DNA from: Pirellulales bacterium
Lineage (GTDB): Bacteria > Planctomycetota > Planctomycetia > Pirellulales > UBA1268
Direction of reading: 5' to 3'
Length of the DNA: 64,000 nucleotides
Assembly: GCA_049695995.1 (NCBI GenBank)
Contig: JBAVTF010000085.1
Coordinates: 2,205-66,204 of the forward strand
The stretch's first letter is position 1. Each line of letters opens with the position of its first letter. The position numbers were made by a program, and so were the translations under genes. Below are positions 20,126 to 28,643 of this stretch, one piece after another. Below the pieces are notes generated by a model, which was not told the DNA's origin, ran no database searches, and saw only the letters and a program-made list of their open reading frames with translations.

Positions 20126-20161
20126 ACTCCGCCGGGGCCGACGGGCCCTGCGGAGTTTTTT
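20126..20161 (+). terminator. Intrinsic terminator
   Basis: ACTCCGC...GCGGAGT forms a 7-bp stem, plus an inner GGG/CCC pairing, followed by TTTTTT. It lies 40 nt after the preceding stop and abuts the lpxB ATG. Confidence 0.7.
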
Positions 20162-20162
20162 C

Positions 20163-21401
20163 ATGCGCGTGTTCCTTTCGGCCGGCGAACCTTCGGGCGA
20201 CCACCATGCGGCGCTGCTCGTGGAGTCACTCCGCGCGCAGCGGCCCGATGTCGAGTGCGTCGGGCTGGGGGGGCCGTGCATGGAGGCTGCCGGCTGCCGG
20301 CTCGTGGCGGACCTTACCCGGCTGGCCGTGATGTGGTTCCTCCGTGTGATGCTCAACATCCACCGGTTCGTGGACCTCGCGCGGCGGGCCGAGCGGAGTT
20401 TTCTCGACGCCCGCCCCGACGTCGTCGTGCTCGTCGACTTTCCCGGCTTCCATTGGTGGCTCGCCTGGCGGGCGAAGCGGCATGGTATCCCGGTCGTCTT
20501 CTACTGCCCGCCGCAGATCTGGGCCTGGGCCAGCTGGCGGATCGGCAAGATGCGGCGGCTCATCGACCACGTGCTTTCGGCGCTGCCATTCGAGCACGAC
20601 TGGTTCCTGACCCAGGGAATGCGGAGCACGCTCGTGGGGCATCCGTTCTTCGACGAACTCGACTGCGGCCCGCGCCACGGTGATCGCGTCGATGTGGCAC
20701 GGCCGCTCGTGCTGCTCCTGCCCGGCTCGCGGAGCCAGGAGATCGAAGGCAATTTCGCGTCGATGATCCGGTCAGCGGTCACCGTGCAGGAGCGAGTGCC
20801 CGGTGCACGATTCGTCGTCGGGGCGCTCAACGAGCGGTATGCCCGCATGATCCGGGCCACGCTCGCGGTCGAACGGCAGCCGGTCGAGATCGACGTCGAG
20901 GTCGGCCGTACCCGTGAGCTCATCAGCCAGGCGGCCGTCGCCCTCGCCGTGAGCGGATCGGTCTCGCTCGAGTTGCTCGCGGCCCGCGTGCCGACCGTGA
21001 TCGTCTATCGGGTCAGCGGTCTCGCCTATGTTGTACAGAGCTGGTATCGGCGGGTGAAGTTCATCACGCTCGTGAACCTGCTCGCGGCCGCCGAGCCGAT
21101 CGAGCGGGTGCAGGGTGTTGTGTGGCCGCCGATCGGCGTGCCTCCGGCCGACCCCGACGCGGTCTATCCTGAGTATTTGGCCGTGGCCGATCCGGCCGAT
21201 CGCGCGGCCGGTCATCTCGTGGAGTGGCTTACCGAGCCGGCGTCACGCCGGCGGATCGTCGCCCGGCTCGACGAGCTGGCCGGCGAAGTGGCCCATGGCG
21301 GCTCGGCGGATCGCGCAGCGGCAGCCGTGCTCGCGATCGCAGCGGGTGACGCCGTGCCCACGCTGGCAGGGCGAGCCACGGCGGACCGCGACGCGGCATG
21401 A
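20163..21401 (+). CDS. lpxB: Lipid-A-disaccharide synthase
   Basis: The N-terminus is MRVFLSAGEPSGDHHAA, followed by DFPGF, YCPPQIWAW and LLPGSR blocks typical of LpxB. Confidence 0.88.
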   Translation: MRVFLSAGEPSGDHHAALLVESLRAQRPDVECVGLGGPCMEAAGCRLVADLTRLAVMWFLRVMLNIHRFVDLARRAERSFLDARPDVVVLVDFPGFHWWLAWRAKRHGIPVVFYCPPQIWAWASWRIGKMRRLIDHVLSALPFEHDWFLTQGMRSTLVGHPFFDELDCGPRHGDRVDVARPLVLLLPGSRSQEIEGNFASMIRSAVTVQERVPGARFVVGALNERYARMIRATLAVERQPVEIDVEVGRTRELISQAAVALAVSGSVSLELLAARVPTVIVYRVSGLAYVVQSWYRRVKFITLVNLLAAAEPIERVQGVVWPPIGVPPADPDAVYPEYLAVADPADRAAGHLVEWLTEPASRRRIVARLDELAGEVAHGGSADRAAAAVLAIAAGDAVPTLAGRATADRDAA

Positions 21402-21411
21402 TGCGGCCGCT

Positions 21412-24400
21412 TCAGATCACGCCGGGCACGTAGGTGATGCCCGTGGATGCCGACAGGCTCACGTCGCCCTGCGTATTGCCGGCGATCAAGTTGCGGATCA
21501 CCTGCGTGCGGCTGCACGAGCCCACGGCGAGGAGGCCGTAGCCGACGCTCGTCGCGATCGTGTTGGCCACGCCATCACCGCTGCCCCCCACGAGAAGGTT
21601 CGTCGCGGCATTGAGCAGCAGGCCGTTTGCGCCGCTGCCGGTGATCGTGTTGGACGCGATCACAGTGCCCTTCGCGTTGCCCGACACCTGGATGCCGTTC
21701 ACGCCGTTCGACACGATCGCGTTACCGCTGCCCGCACCACCGATCGCGTTCGATTGAGCCCCGGCAATCACGATCCCGCTGCCGAGGTTGGCCCGGATCT
21801 CGTTGCCCAGGATCTGATTGCCCTTCGACCCGGACACCGTGATCCCCGCACCGCCGTTGAAGAGGACGCGGTTGGCCAGGACGGGGGTCGAGCCGCCGAT
21901 GACGGTGCCGCGGGTGCCCGATCCGAGGAAGATGCCGCCGAGCGCGTTGGGGAGCGGGTCGATCGCCTCGAAGCCGGCCCCGATCACGGAGTTGAAGATC
22001 GTGTTGTTGCGGGCATTGCCCGTGATTTCGATCCCATAACGGTAGTTGCCCGAGAGGTGCACCTTCGTCTCGACCGAGGGTTGGAAGCCGCCGATCGCGT
22101 TGCCGTGGGCGTTGCCCGTGATGAGGATGCCGCTGCCGTAGTTGGGGATGGCCTCCTCGATCTTTGAGTTCGTGCCGGTCGCGGTGTCCTCCACGGTGAC
22201 GCCCGTGGCCTTTCCGGCGATCACGATCCCGTTGCCAAAGTTGCCCGCCACGAGGCAGGTGCGGATCGTGTTGTTGCCGCCGGTCGCCGTGATGTGGATG
22301 CCGTCGAGCCGGTTGGGGGCGGTCCCGCCGAAGGCCACGATGCCCACGAAGCTGTTGAAGGCGACGAAGCCGGTGGCTTTGCCGGCGACCTCGATGCCAT
22401 AGCGGTTGTTGCCGGAGTTGACGTTGCCGAGCGGGATCGGGCCGCCCACGGTCGTGCGGGCCGAGGAGCCGTTGACGAGGATGCCGCTCAGCGTGTTGGC
22501 CACGACGGTGGCGTTGTCGGCGCCCACGCCCGTGAAGTTGGCCTGGACGATCGTGTCGTTGGAGTTCGTGATCCGCAGGCCGTTGCCGCCGTTGCCGGAG
22601 AGCACGTTGTAGAACACGAACGGGCTCTGCTGGAACGTGGTGCCCAAGAGCGATGTGCCGTTGGCGCCGACGATCGCCACGCCGTCGGCCGCATTGCCGA
22701 GAGCCGTGTTGCCCGACGCCGTCGTGCCGATGAAATTGCCCGAGAGTGTGGTGGCCGTGGCGCCCCCCGTGATGAGCACGCCGTTGGCCCGGTTGCCCGA
22801 GATCAGGTTGCCCTGCGGCGGCCGCACGAACACGCCGTTCGTCGGGTCATTGCCGCCGGTCATCGTGCCGCCGATCAGGTTGCCGCTGGCCCGGCTCGTG
22901 ACACGGATGCCGTTGTTGCCGTTGGGCACGGCAAACCGGCCGGTGACGTCGGTGCCGATCAGGTTCCGCTCGACCACGTTGTCGGTGCCGAGGATCCGCA
23001 CGCCATCGGCGCCGTTGCCGCTGATCAGGTTGCCGCCCGGTACGATCGTGGCCTGGTAGGCGCCAACACCGCCACTGCTCGGGTCGATGCCCACCACGGC
23101 ATTGCCATACACCGAGTCGGCGAAAGGAGTGCCCGAGTCGGACGGCTCGAGATCGGTCCACTGCATCTCGCCGAACGAGCCGTCGGGATTCCGTGTGACG
23201 CTGGCGAAGCCGGCGACCGGCACGCCATCGGCGAGGGCCGTTCCCGCGAGCGTGTAGATGCCTGGCTGGACGCCGCTGATGCCTTCGAAGTGCGTGATGA
23301 CCGACGTGGCCCCGGCAGGTGGCACGTAGGAGAACGACTTCCAGTTGGAGAAGAGGCCGGTGGCCGAGTCGTAATCGACGAGCAGAGCCTCCGAGAGCGG
23401 CACCCCCGGGTTGAGAATGTTGTTGATCGGGCTGTTCGACCAGCCGCCGGCGATCGTGTAGCTCGTGCCGCCGTTGTGCCAGATGCCGTAGGCGGTGTTG
23501 GCCGCGGAGCCGGGGTAGATCAGTTCGCGATACTGCTCCGTGGCGACGTCATAGACGTAGGCCCGCCCGCCGCCGAGCGGATTGCCATCCGGGCCCGACG
23601 CATCGTAGTTGCCCACGACCAGGCCGCCGGCCGTGCTGTGCGGGATGTTCCAGACGGTTCCCGTTGGCGCCGACGGCAGGGGTGACGGCATCGCCACGTA
23701 ATTTGCCGGATTGGCCACGTCGTCCACCGTGCCTTCGAAAATGAATCCGAATTCAGTCGCAGAGCCCGCATTCGAGTAGGTGCCCACGATCCGCAGCTCG
23801 CCGTCGCCGAGGTTGTCGGCCGAGTAGGAGGTGGTGCCGTCGGTCGTCTCACCGGGCTGATTCGGCATGACCATCACATAGCCCGCGCCCCCCTGGGCCG
23901 TGATCGGGCCGACGTAGAGCAGGCCTGCCGTTTCGCTCGTGGCACTTGGATTCGCGGTCGTGCCAGTGATCAGATACTGTCCCGGCGAGCCGGCCGTCGT
24001 CAGCCCCTGCCAGCCGTTGACGGGGAGCGTGCCGCCGCCCGCGGCAGCCACGGTCGCCGTGTTTGCAGAATAGGAAATCGCCGGGTTCGTGCCGATCTGA
24101 TTCCCGGATCCCCGCGCCGTGATGAGCACGCCGGAGCCCGTGTTGCCGGCGGCCGTGGTGCCGTCAGGCAGCACGCCGATGAAGTTGCCCGCGAGCGTGA
24201 TGTCCGAGGCATCGAGCGTCACGCCGGCCCAACTGGCCCGCACGAGCGACAGGCTCGTGAGTGAAGAGCCGTCGCTGCCGGGGGCGAACCGCAGGCCGGT
24301 CTGGCCGCGGAAGTTGACGGTGACTGCGGGTGCGCCGGTGAACCCTGGCGCCGTGAAGCCGTTGATCGCGACCGTGTCGGTGATGGCCGGGAGGGCGGAG

Positions 24401-24633
24401 CTCAGCGAGATCTCGCCGGGCACAGCGAAGGCGATGTCGTCGGCCCCGGAATTGGCGTTGGCCTGATTGATCGCCCACCGCAGCGAACCGTCACCCGCGT
24501 TCAGCAAATTCGAAACCGTGAAGGTGGCGAGCAGCGCCCGCGGCTCGAGATGCTCTGCGCGGAGCGACGCGGCGCGGCGACGGCGGCCATGGCGAGACAG
24601 GCGAGTGCGGAACAGGCTGGCGAGCGCGGTCAT
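21412..24633 (-). CDS. Giant secreted right-handed beta-helix (PbH1) repeat protein
   Basis: Dozens of ~22-24 aa units read N(L/F)IG...GN..(N/D)G(I/V).(I/V), for example ISGNGADGVRILG, NGNNGIRVTS, SGNRANGVLITG and SGNGGNGLRITN. The N-terminus reads MTALASLFRTRLSRHGRRRRAASLRAEHLEPRALLA. The ATG at 24633 is preferred; the alternative is 24693. Confidence 0.8.
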   Translation of the reverse strand: MTALASLFRTRLSRHGRRRRAASLRAEHLEPRALLATFTVSNLLNAGDGSLRWAINQANANSGADDIAFAVPGEISLSSALPAITDTVAINGFTAPGFTGAPAVTVNFRGQTGLRFAPGSDGSSLTSLSLVRASWAGVTLDASDITLAGNFIGVLPDGTTAAGNTGSGVLITARGSGNQIGTNPAISYSANTATVAAAGGGTLPVNGWQGLTTAGSPGQYLITGTTANPSATSETAGLLYVGPITAQGGAGYVMVMPNQPGETTDGTTSYSADNLGDGELRIVGTYSNAGSATEFGFIFEGTVDDVANPANYVAMPSPLPSAPTGTVWNIPHSTAGGLVVGNYDASGPDGNPLGGGRAYVYDVATEQYRELIYPGSAANTAYGIWHNGGTSYTIAGGWSNSPINNILNPGVPLSEALLVDYDSATGLFSNWKSFSYVPPAGATSVITHFEGISGVQPGIYTLAGTALADGVPVAGFASVTRNPDGSFGEMQWTDLEPSDSGTPFADSVYGNAVVGIDPSSGGVGAYQATIVPGGNLISGNGADGVRILGTDNVVERNLIGTDVTGRFAVPNGNNGIRVTSRASGNLIGGTMTGGNDPTNGVFVRPPQGNLISGNRANGVLITGGATATTLSGNFIGTTASGNTALGNAADGVAIVGANGTSLLGTTFQQSPFVFYNVLSGNGGNGLRITNSNDTIVQANFTGVGADNATVVANTLSGILVNGSSARTTVGGPIPLGNVNSGNNRYGIEVAGKATGFVAFNSFVGIVAFGGTAPNRLDGIHITATGGNNTIRTCLVAGNFGNGIVIAGKATGVTVEDTATGTNSKIEEAIPNYGSGILITGNAHGNAIGGFQPSVETKVHLSGNYRYGIEITGNARNNTIFNSVIGAGFEAIDPLPNALGGIFLGSGTRGTVIGGSTPVLANRVLFNGGAGITVSGSKGNQILGNEIRANLGSGIVIAGAQSNAIGGAGSGNAIVSNGVNGIQVSGNAKGTVIASNTITGSGANGLLLNAATNLLVGGSGDGVANTIATSVGYGLLAVGSCSRTQVIRNLIAGNTQGDVSLSASTGITYVPGVI

Positions 24634-24790
24634 GCGAGAGATTCCAGCGAGGGCGGCCCGCGATGGCCGCGGGAGTTCAATAAGATGTACCACCGCCCCT
24701 AGAGCGACTCAAATGATGGGCCTGAACCCGTTATCGGGGCGGTTCATCGACTCTGAACTACACCGGATGTTTCAAGTTGGCCCCGGCCGT

Positions 24791-25207
24791 TTAGTCGCCG
24801 GTCGGCCCATGCGGCTCAACTGCGGCCACTGTTGTGCGGGCGATCTCACGGGCGGCGGCGGCGTCGTCCCGCGTGTAGAAACCGGACGGCGTGAGATCCT
24901 CCGCGCCGTAAAAGGCCAGCTCGCGATCGCGGCGGAGCGTGCGGGATCCGGTGGCGAGCGTTTCGACGTGCCGCTGTACAGCCTGCGGGAGCCGCGACTT
25001 CTCGGCCATGAGCACTTCCGACACGTCATGAATCCGCGGCGGCTCGATGCCGGCGACACGCAACAGACCCTTGAGCGCCAACTCGACCACTTCCTGCGAC
25101 TCCCGCACGACATCGGCCCAGCTCTGTGCGGCAAAGAGCGCGTCCACCGCGGCTAGCCGGGCCCGCGCGCGGCGGATGTAGTCGGCTCCCAGTTCAGGGC
25201 TGCGCAT
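24791..25207 (-). CDS. HEPN-domain protein (partner of the upstream nucleotidyltransferase)
   Basis: The 139-aa product starts at the ATG at 25207, overlapping the NTase stop by 14 nt. A helical HEPN-like pattern is present (A..W.DVVRESQEVVELALKGLL...PRIHDV...LRRDRELAFYG). No canonical Rx4-6H motif was found. Confidence 0.65.
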   Translation of the reverse strand: MRSPELGADYIRRARARLAAVDALFAAQSWADVVRESQEVVELALKGLLRVAGIEPPRIHDVSEVLMAEKSRLPQAVQRHVETLATGSRTLRRDRELAFYGAEDLTPSGFYTRDDAAAAREIARTTVAAVEPHGPTGD

Positions 25208-25820
25208 CGCGATCCTTGTGAATCCAGTAGGGCTGGCCCTGGGCCATCTTCCGCACCAGTTCGCCCGCGGCGATCCGCTCCCTGATCGCGATGAGCCGCC
25301 GCGACAAGGTGAGGTCACGGTCGTAGAGCACGATGCCGCAGACGGCAGCCTCCGCCCAACTCCCGGAGACTCTGTCGGCCGGGGCCGGCAGATGCACGAA
25401 ATGCAGGTCGATCTCACGGCCATTCCACGAGGGCACCGCTCCCTCCCACTCTCGGTAGAGAGAGCGAGTGATCGGCACGCCGGCTGCGAGCACCACGAGC
25501 AGATCGACGTCGGATCCGGCAGCGAGTTCGCCCCGCGCGAACGACCCGTAGATGACCACTCCGTCCAGATCGCTGCCGAGCCGCGCGCGGATTGGCAGGA
25601 CAGCGTTCGCGGCGTCATCGAGCCCTCCCGCCCCCGGGGCGGTCAGCGTGCGGCCGCACCAGTCGTTGAGCGATACGCCCGCCGCATGGGCGTCCTCTCG
25701 CAGGAGGCTGTGCAGGCGGGGATCAAGACGGAGCACGAACTTTCCGGAGGCCCGCGCTCGGCTTGTTGATCGGCGCCCGCCTCGGGAACCCGCTCCGTTG
25801 GGAGTGATACTGTTGACCAT
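25194..25820 (-). CDS. Minimal nucleotidyltransferase (MNT-like) fused to an N-terminal RHH/HicB-like DNA-binding module
   Basis: The NTase motif is YGSFARGELAAGSDVDLLVV (GS...DxD). The N-terminal FVLRLDPRLHSLLREDAHAAGVSLNDWCGRTL resembles ribbon-helix-helix antitoxins. Confidence 0.75.
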   Translation of the reverse strand: MVNSITPNGAGSRGGRRSTSRARASGKFVLRLDPRLHSLLREDAHAAGVSLNDWCGRTLTAPGAGGLDDAANAVLPIRARLGSDLDGVVIYGSFARGELAAGSDVDLLVVLAAGVPITRSLYREWEGAVPSWNGREIDLHFVHLPAPADRVSGSWAEAAVCGIVLYDRDLTLSRRLIAIRERIAAGELVRKMAQGQPYWIHKDRDAQP

Positions 25821-25888
25821 GATGTCATGATATCACGCGGGCCTGGGGGCTGCCCGCCGGCCGCCTGCTCTGGGGCGGTTCGTGCCAT

Positions 25889-26704
25889 GTGCGGCAGCGG
25901 CGTGCGGGAATGCGGCATACTGTGGCGATGCTCGCCGAGCCGCAGGACACCGCCGTCGATCTTACCTTCTCACTCGCGGGCGTCCGCGTGCGGGTGTCGG
26001 CCTGGTTCTGGCTCGCTGCGGCACTCATCGGCTGGAACGTCTGCCAGGCGTATTCCCGGGGTGATCAGCGGGCGCTGATCCAGTTTCTCATCCTCTGGGT
26101 GGGGGCCGTGTTCGTGTCGCTCCTCGTCCATGAGTTCGGCCACGCCCTTGCCTATCGGTTCTTCGGGCAGTCGGCCCACGTCGTGCTCTATCACTTCGGC
26201 GGCCTCGCGGTGCCCGAGACCTGGGGACGCCGCGGATACCTGCGGCCGTTCCAGCGGCTGGTCGTCTCGGCGGCCGGACCGCTCGCGCAGTTTGCCTTCG
26301 CGGCGGCGATCGTGGCAGCCCTCAAGGCCACCAGAACCATGGCACCGTTTCCACTGGAATCGATCGGCAGGCCGCTCGGCCTCTATGAGGGGCGTGAGTT
26401 TGCGTCGCCATTCACCTATGCGCTCGCCGACTTCCTGCTCTACGTGAACGTGTTCTGGCCGCTCATCAACCTCGTGCCGGTGCCGCCGCTTGACGGCGGG
26501 CAGATTGTCCGTGAGGGACTGCTCACGGCCGGGGTGTCCGATGCCCACCGCATCGCGGGCATCATCGGCGTGGTGGCAGGCGGTGCCGTGGCCTGGTGGG
26601 GCTATACGCACGGCGAGCCGTTCCTCGGCATCATGTTCGCGATGCTCGCGGCCTCGTGCTTTCAAAGCCTCTCGGCGGGCACGCCCTGGCAGCGGTGGAA
26701 CTGA
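25889..26704 (+). CDS. M50-family (site-2 protease-like) membrane metalloprotease
   Basis: The HExxH motif is HEFGHAL within a TM helix, and the second motif is NLVPVPPLDGG. There are multiple TM segments. The start could be the internal ATG at 25928. Confidence 0.75.
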   Translation: MRQRRAGMRHTVAMLAEPQDTAVDLTFSLAGVRVRVSAWFWLAAALIGWNVCQAYSRGDQRALIQFLILWVGAVFVSLLVHEFGHALAYRFFGQSAHVVLYHFGGLAVPETWGRRGYLRPFQRLVVSAAGPLAQFAFAAAIVAALKATRTMAPFPLESIGRPLGLYEGREFASPFTYALADFLLYVNVFWPLINLVPVPPLDGGQIVREGLLTAGVSDAHRIAGIIGVVAGGAVAWWGYTHGEPFLGIMFAMLAASCFQSLSAGTPWQRWN

Positions 26705-27492
26705 CTGCCGTGAAGGGCGATCGGCAGACAGTGATCGTGCTCGGGGCCAGCAATGTGTCGCGGGGCCTCGCCCGGCTCGTCGCGACGGTGCGGTCGCGGG
26801 CCGTGGCCCCCGCGGATCTCTTCGTCGCCGCCGGTCATGGCCGTGCGTATGGTGTGAATAGCCGCGTGTGGATGCGGCGACTGCCGTCGATTCTCGCCTG
26901 CGGCCTGTGGCAATCGATCGCCGAGAACGCATCCGAAAACATCACCCCGCCGGTCGCCATCATGACCGACGTCGGCAACGAACTCCTCTACGGCCTCGGC
27001 GTAACGCAGGTGGCGGGGGCCGTCCGTGAGGCCGTGCGGCGACTCGCCGACCGCGGCGTCATGATCGCGATCACCGGGCTGCCCCTGGCCAGTATCGCCT
27101 CGGTGGGGCCGGTCCGGTATCAGGCGTTGCGGACTGCCTTCGTGCCGGGCTGCCAGCTGCCGCTCCCCATGCTCAAGCAGGCGGCGGTCTGGCTCGACGA
27201 CGAGTTGCGGGCCATTGCCGCCGCAGTCGGCGGCACGTTCATCGAGCAGCCACGAGACTGGTACGGACTCGATGCGATCCACCTGCGGCGGCGGTGTATC
27301 GACCGGCTCTGGCGTGAGGTGGCCGACGCCTGGAACTGGCCGACGGCCGCGCGGCCGTCACGTGCATCGGTGCGGGAATGGACCGCGATCGCCTCCCGCG
27401 CCGCGGAAACGCGATCCCTCGCCCGGGTCATGCTCCACACGCCCCAGCCCGCCTGGCGATCCCACGACGGCCTGCGGCTGTGGCTCTACTAA
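26695..27492 (+). CDS. SGNH/GDSL-like hydrolase (tentative)
   Basis: Blocks resemble SGNH: VIVLGASNV (block I), DVGNEL (block III) and DAIHL (block V). The GTG start at 26695 overlaps the M50 stop and is uncertain. Confidence 0.4.
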   Translation: MELTAVKGDRQTVIVLGASNVSRGLARLVATVRSRAVAPADLFVAAGHGRAYGVNSRVWMRRLPSILACGLWQSIAENASENITPPVAIMTDVGNELLYGLGVTQVAGAVREAVRRLADRGVMIAITGLPLASIASVGPVRYQALRTAFVPGCQLPLPMLKQAAVWLDDELRAIAAAVGGTFIEQPRDWYGLDAIHLRRRCIDRLWREVADAWNWPTAARPSRASVREWTAIASRAAETRSLARVMLHTPQPAWRSHDGLRLWLY

Positions 27493-27493
27493 A

Positions 27494-27520
27494 CCGCACA
27501 CGGAATGTGCGGACTACGGG
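27494..27520. repeat. Hairpin repeat family B (copy 2, inverted)
   Basis: ccgcacacggaatgtgcggactacggg lies between the convergent SGNH-like and mrp-like stops and is a probable bidirectional terminator hairpin. Confidence 0.7.
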
Positions 27521-28606
27521 TTAGAGGACAGGCAGCGAGGGGAGCGGCGGACGGGCGGCGGCTGCGGCGGCGATGCCGCCGACGAGGCGTGAGCAGATCG
27601 CCTCAAGATAGGGGCGGCTCGCCGGGTCGTCGTAGTTGGCGGCTGTCCTGCCGGCGTCGCCGTGCTCGCGGATCGGGATCTGGATCGGCACCTCGCCCAG
27701 GAACGGAATGTCGAGCTCCTTGGCCGTGCGCTTCGCGCCGCCGGTGCCGAAGATGTCGTATCGCTTCTGCGTGTCTGGGCAGACGAAGAAGCTCATGTTC
27801 TCCACCATACCCAAAAGCGGAATGTTCACCTTGCGGAACATCGCGATCGCCTTCGTGGCGTCGAGCAGGGCCACGTCCTGCGGCGTGCAGACGACGACGG
27901 CGCCGGTGAGCGGCAGCACCTGCGAGAGTGTGAGGGCGATGTCGCCCGTGCCCGGCGGCATGTCGATGATGAGATAGTCGAGCGGGCCCCAGAGCGTATC
28001 GCGGAGCATCTGCGTGATCGCGCCGTGGAGCATCGGCCCCCGCCACACGACCGCCTCGCCCGGCGGCACGAGGAATCCCATCGACATCACTGGCATCGAA
28101 TGCGGACCGCAGGCGGCGAGCATCGGCAGGATCTTGCCATTGTCTACCTGCGGCCGGCCGGAGAGGCCGAGCAAATGGGGCACGCTGGGGCCATAGACGT
28201 CGGCGTCGAGCAGGCCCACGCGGCTACCCGCCCGCGCCAGGCCGAGCGCGATGCTGGCCGCGATCGTGCTCTTGCCCACGCCCCCCTTGCCGCTACCGAC
28301 GGCGATCACGCTCTTGGCCTCGAGCCCGATCTGGCCGAGCTTCGTGGGGGGCCGATCGTGGGGCACGACCGTGACCGCGACGTTCTTGATCTCGGGAAAC
28401 CGCGTCCGCAGGAGCTCCTCGATCCGGGCCGCCGTCGGCTTCCACAGGATCGCGGAATGGGTCGTGAGGCCGACGGTCACGGCGATCGCGTCGGCCGAAG
28501 CCGAGATGCTCTGCACCTGCCCCATCTCGGTGAGCGGCCGGCCCGACTCGGGGTCGGCCACGGAGGCGAGAACGGACGTGACAGCGGACTGGTCGGGGGT
28601 CGGCAT
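27521..28606 (-). CDS. mrp: Mrp/ApbC/NBP35-family P-loop ATPase with an N-terminal DUF59-like domain and a degenerate CxxC
   Basis: The deviant Walker A is GSGKGGVGKST, followed by DADVYGPS. An N-terminal MIP18/DUF59-like segment is present. The usual CPxC cluster-ligand motif reads CPDT here (FFVCPDTQKRYDIFG). The ATG at 28606 lies 37 nt after the nuoN stop. Confidence 0.85.
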   Translation of the reverse strand: MPTPDQSAVTSVLASVADPESGRPLTEMGQVQSISASADAIAVTVGLTTHSAILWKPTAARIEELLRTRFPEIKNVAVTVVPHDRPPTKLGQIGLEAKSVIAVGSGKGGVGKSTIAASIALGLARAGSRVGLLDADVYGPSVPHLLGLSGRPQVDNGKILPMLAACGPHSMPVMSMGFLVPPGEAVVWRGPMLHGAITQMLRDTLWGPLDYLIIDMPPGTGDIALTLSQVLPLTGAVVVCTPQDVALLDATKAIAMFRKVNIPLLGMVENMSFFVCPDTQKRYDIFGTGGAKRTAKELDIPFLGEVPIQIPIREHGDAGRTAANYDDPASRPYLEAICSRLVGGIAAAAAARPPLPSLPVL

Positions 28607-28643
28607 GAAGCGAAGCTTTCTGGGCCGCGTGGGGGCCGCGGGA

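Noticed and set aside
21115-23685. Plus-strand ORFs 21115-22167 and 22294-23685.
   Set aside because: They are antisense to the beta-helix gene. The periodic PbH1 repeat appears only in the minus-strand frame.
24791-25618. The long 275-aa version of the HEPN ORF, and similar N-terminal extensions in the track (for example nuoN to 30581, nuoG to 39421, nuoE to 41401, nuoA to 43961, mrp to 28711 and cphA from 5230).
   Set aside because: The extensions overlap the upstream gene in another frame, are Arg/Pro-rich and remove the typical ATGA or short-gap coupling. Internal ATG or GTG starts that give conserved N-termini were chosen instead.
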